Shown here piece after piece: positions 59,986 through 64,000 of a stretch of 64,000 nt of DNA. The translations under genes were made by a program, and so were the position numbers. Location: the NCBI RefSeq assembly GCF_009914755.1, contig NC_060931.1; one strand, 5' to 3'. The notes under the pieces are model-generated. The model worked only from the letters and a program-made list of their open reading frames with translations. It was not told where the DNA came from and did no database searches. The stretch is from the human T2T-CHM13v2.0 reference genome, Homo sapiens. Within the stretch, counting starts at the first letter, position 1; every line of letters starts with the position of its first letter.

Positions 59986-60179
59986 ACCTTTATCACCTAG
60001 ACATTTGAAATCCAACAAAACATGGGCTACCTTTAAATCAACAATGCATCATGGCCAGCAATCTCAACTATTAGTTGTACTGTTTGTTCATACTACAGCC
60101 CAATCTGTTGACTGCTGCAAGTTTTAGTAGCCACATAACTCTACTTTCCATCAAACTCTTGCCTTCACAGCAGTGGCCT

Positions 60180-61400
<1,221 letters not shown>

Positions 61401-61431
61401 CCTTTGTAGACAGCTACTATATGTATGACTC

Positions 61432-62419
<988 letters not shown>

Positions 62420-63267
62420 TAAAGAAAAATTTAAAAAAATCAGCTATCTCTCAATAAAAAGTTATAGGGGAATCTGTCAATAAGTTACAACCAATCGCTA
62501 TGCTAAGGAGGAGTCCAGTGAGCTGACTGCTGATCCACCGAATGGCATGCCTCTCTCATGTACCTGGGCAGCGGCACTTGGTATGCTTGGGCCCCAGGTC
62601 CAGCAAGGGCTGACCTCAGACCACCTTCTGCTGTCCTCTTCATCTGCATTTGGTGGCAGATACAGACCAGGAAGGAGTCACAGGCAAGGAAAGTCAGCTG
62701 ATTCTACACGGCCTTGCAACTTTGCAGAATGTTTTAATTTTTCAAAGTTATTCCCTCTGTATCTGCTTCTGTGTGCTTTGTATCTTAGTCATTATTTACA
62801 AGTCTGGCTTGGCTACCAGATAATGAGGTAAACTAAACTAATTCAGCAATCTCATTATCACCAACCAATTTGTGCCCACGTGTTAATGCATAAATATCAT
62901 CCTCAATTAAAGCTTAAATAGTCAATCTTGGCTAAAATGAACAACGATGGGGCAGGGTGAGGGGAGAGCAATTTCCCTACTTTTTAAATGCAAGCACCTC
63001 CACCAGCAAAAGATTTTAAAATATACATGACATTCATTTATTCGCAAATTATATACATACACTATTTACTCATCAAATATTAACAGAGATCTATTCTTAA
63101 TTTTAGATGAGAAATAGATACGAGAAGGTTCTAATATTTTCTTTTTATACCCCAATGGATTTTTCCCACAACCCTTTAACTACACGCACACCACTTTGAA
63201 TCCCAGTGGTATCAACCATGATGAAGTTAAACAAATCCTGGATTGTAATCATGGCTTATTGACCTAA

Positions 63268-63651
<384 letters not shown>

Positions 63652-64000
63652 TGACACAAGATGATTAAAGAAAAAATCTCCCAAATGGTTAAACCATCAC
63701 ATAGATGTAAAATAATGCCATTTTTATTATTGTGATTATCTTATTGATTGAGGACGGTGGAAAAACTGGAGGAAATAGGTACACTGAAAACACTTGGAAG
63801 TAGATATAGACTGATTCTAAGTTGCAGGAGAGTTCAGAACTGCTTTTGAGTACAATGAAAATTGCTTTCCCATCAAGAACAATTTGGATGGCCATCCAGA
63901 GGAGCAGATGCCAGTGCACACAGAGAGGGCAAGTGACACTGCAAAGTGGCTGGAGACGTCCGTGCGGAATCGCAGACTTCAGGAGAACCACTGCAACTGT

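Overview
Primate (very likely human) genomic DNA from inside a large minus-strand gene. The only host coding sequence I can support is one 113-bp internal exon (18478-18590, minus strand) encoding (G)DGQVDFDEFMTILGPKLVSSEGRDGFLGNTIDSIFWQ. I recognise this as the end of EF-hand 2 and the following linker of calneuron-1 (CALN1/CaBP8). The rest is intronic and dominated by transposons: about 65 Alu copies or fragments (hand count), old L1M/L1ME and L1PA/L1PB pieces, L2, MIR, an L3/CR1 relic, solo LTRs (THE1, MST, MLT1, MER21, MER41A, MER77-like) and DNA transposons (MER5A, MADE1, Tigger4). Almost all ORFs in the supplied track are Alu, L1 or low-complexity artefacts. I found no evidence of a new gene system. 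The most unusual signals are structural. They include a permuted A-B...B-D-A local duplication that fits a circular-DNA or template-switch origin (31.8-34.1 kb), a 713-bp tandem duplication of a three-Alu composite, two short dispersed duplications and two fold-back inversions in an L1 ORF1. There is also a twin-primed L1 containing an L1PB with an apparent 3' transduction, a triplicated Alu head and re-used Alu target sites. Repeat subfamily calls are by eye from remembered consensus sequences, and repeat boundaries are approximate (about 10-30 bp).
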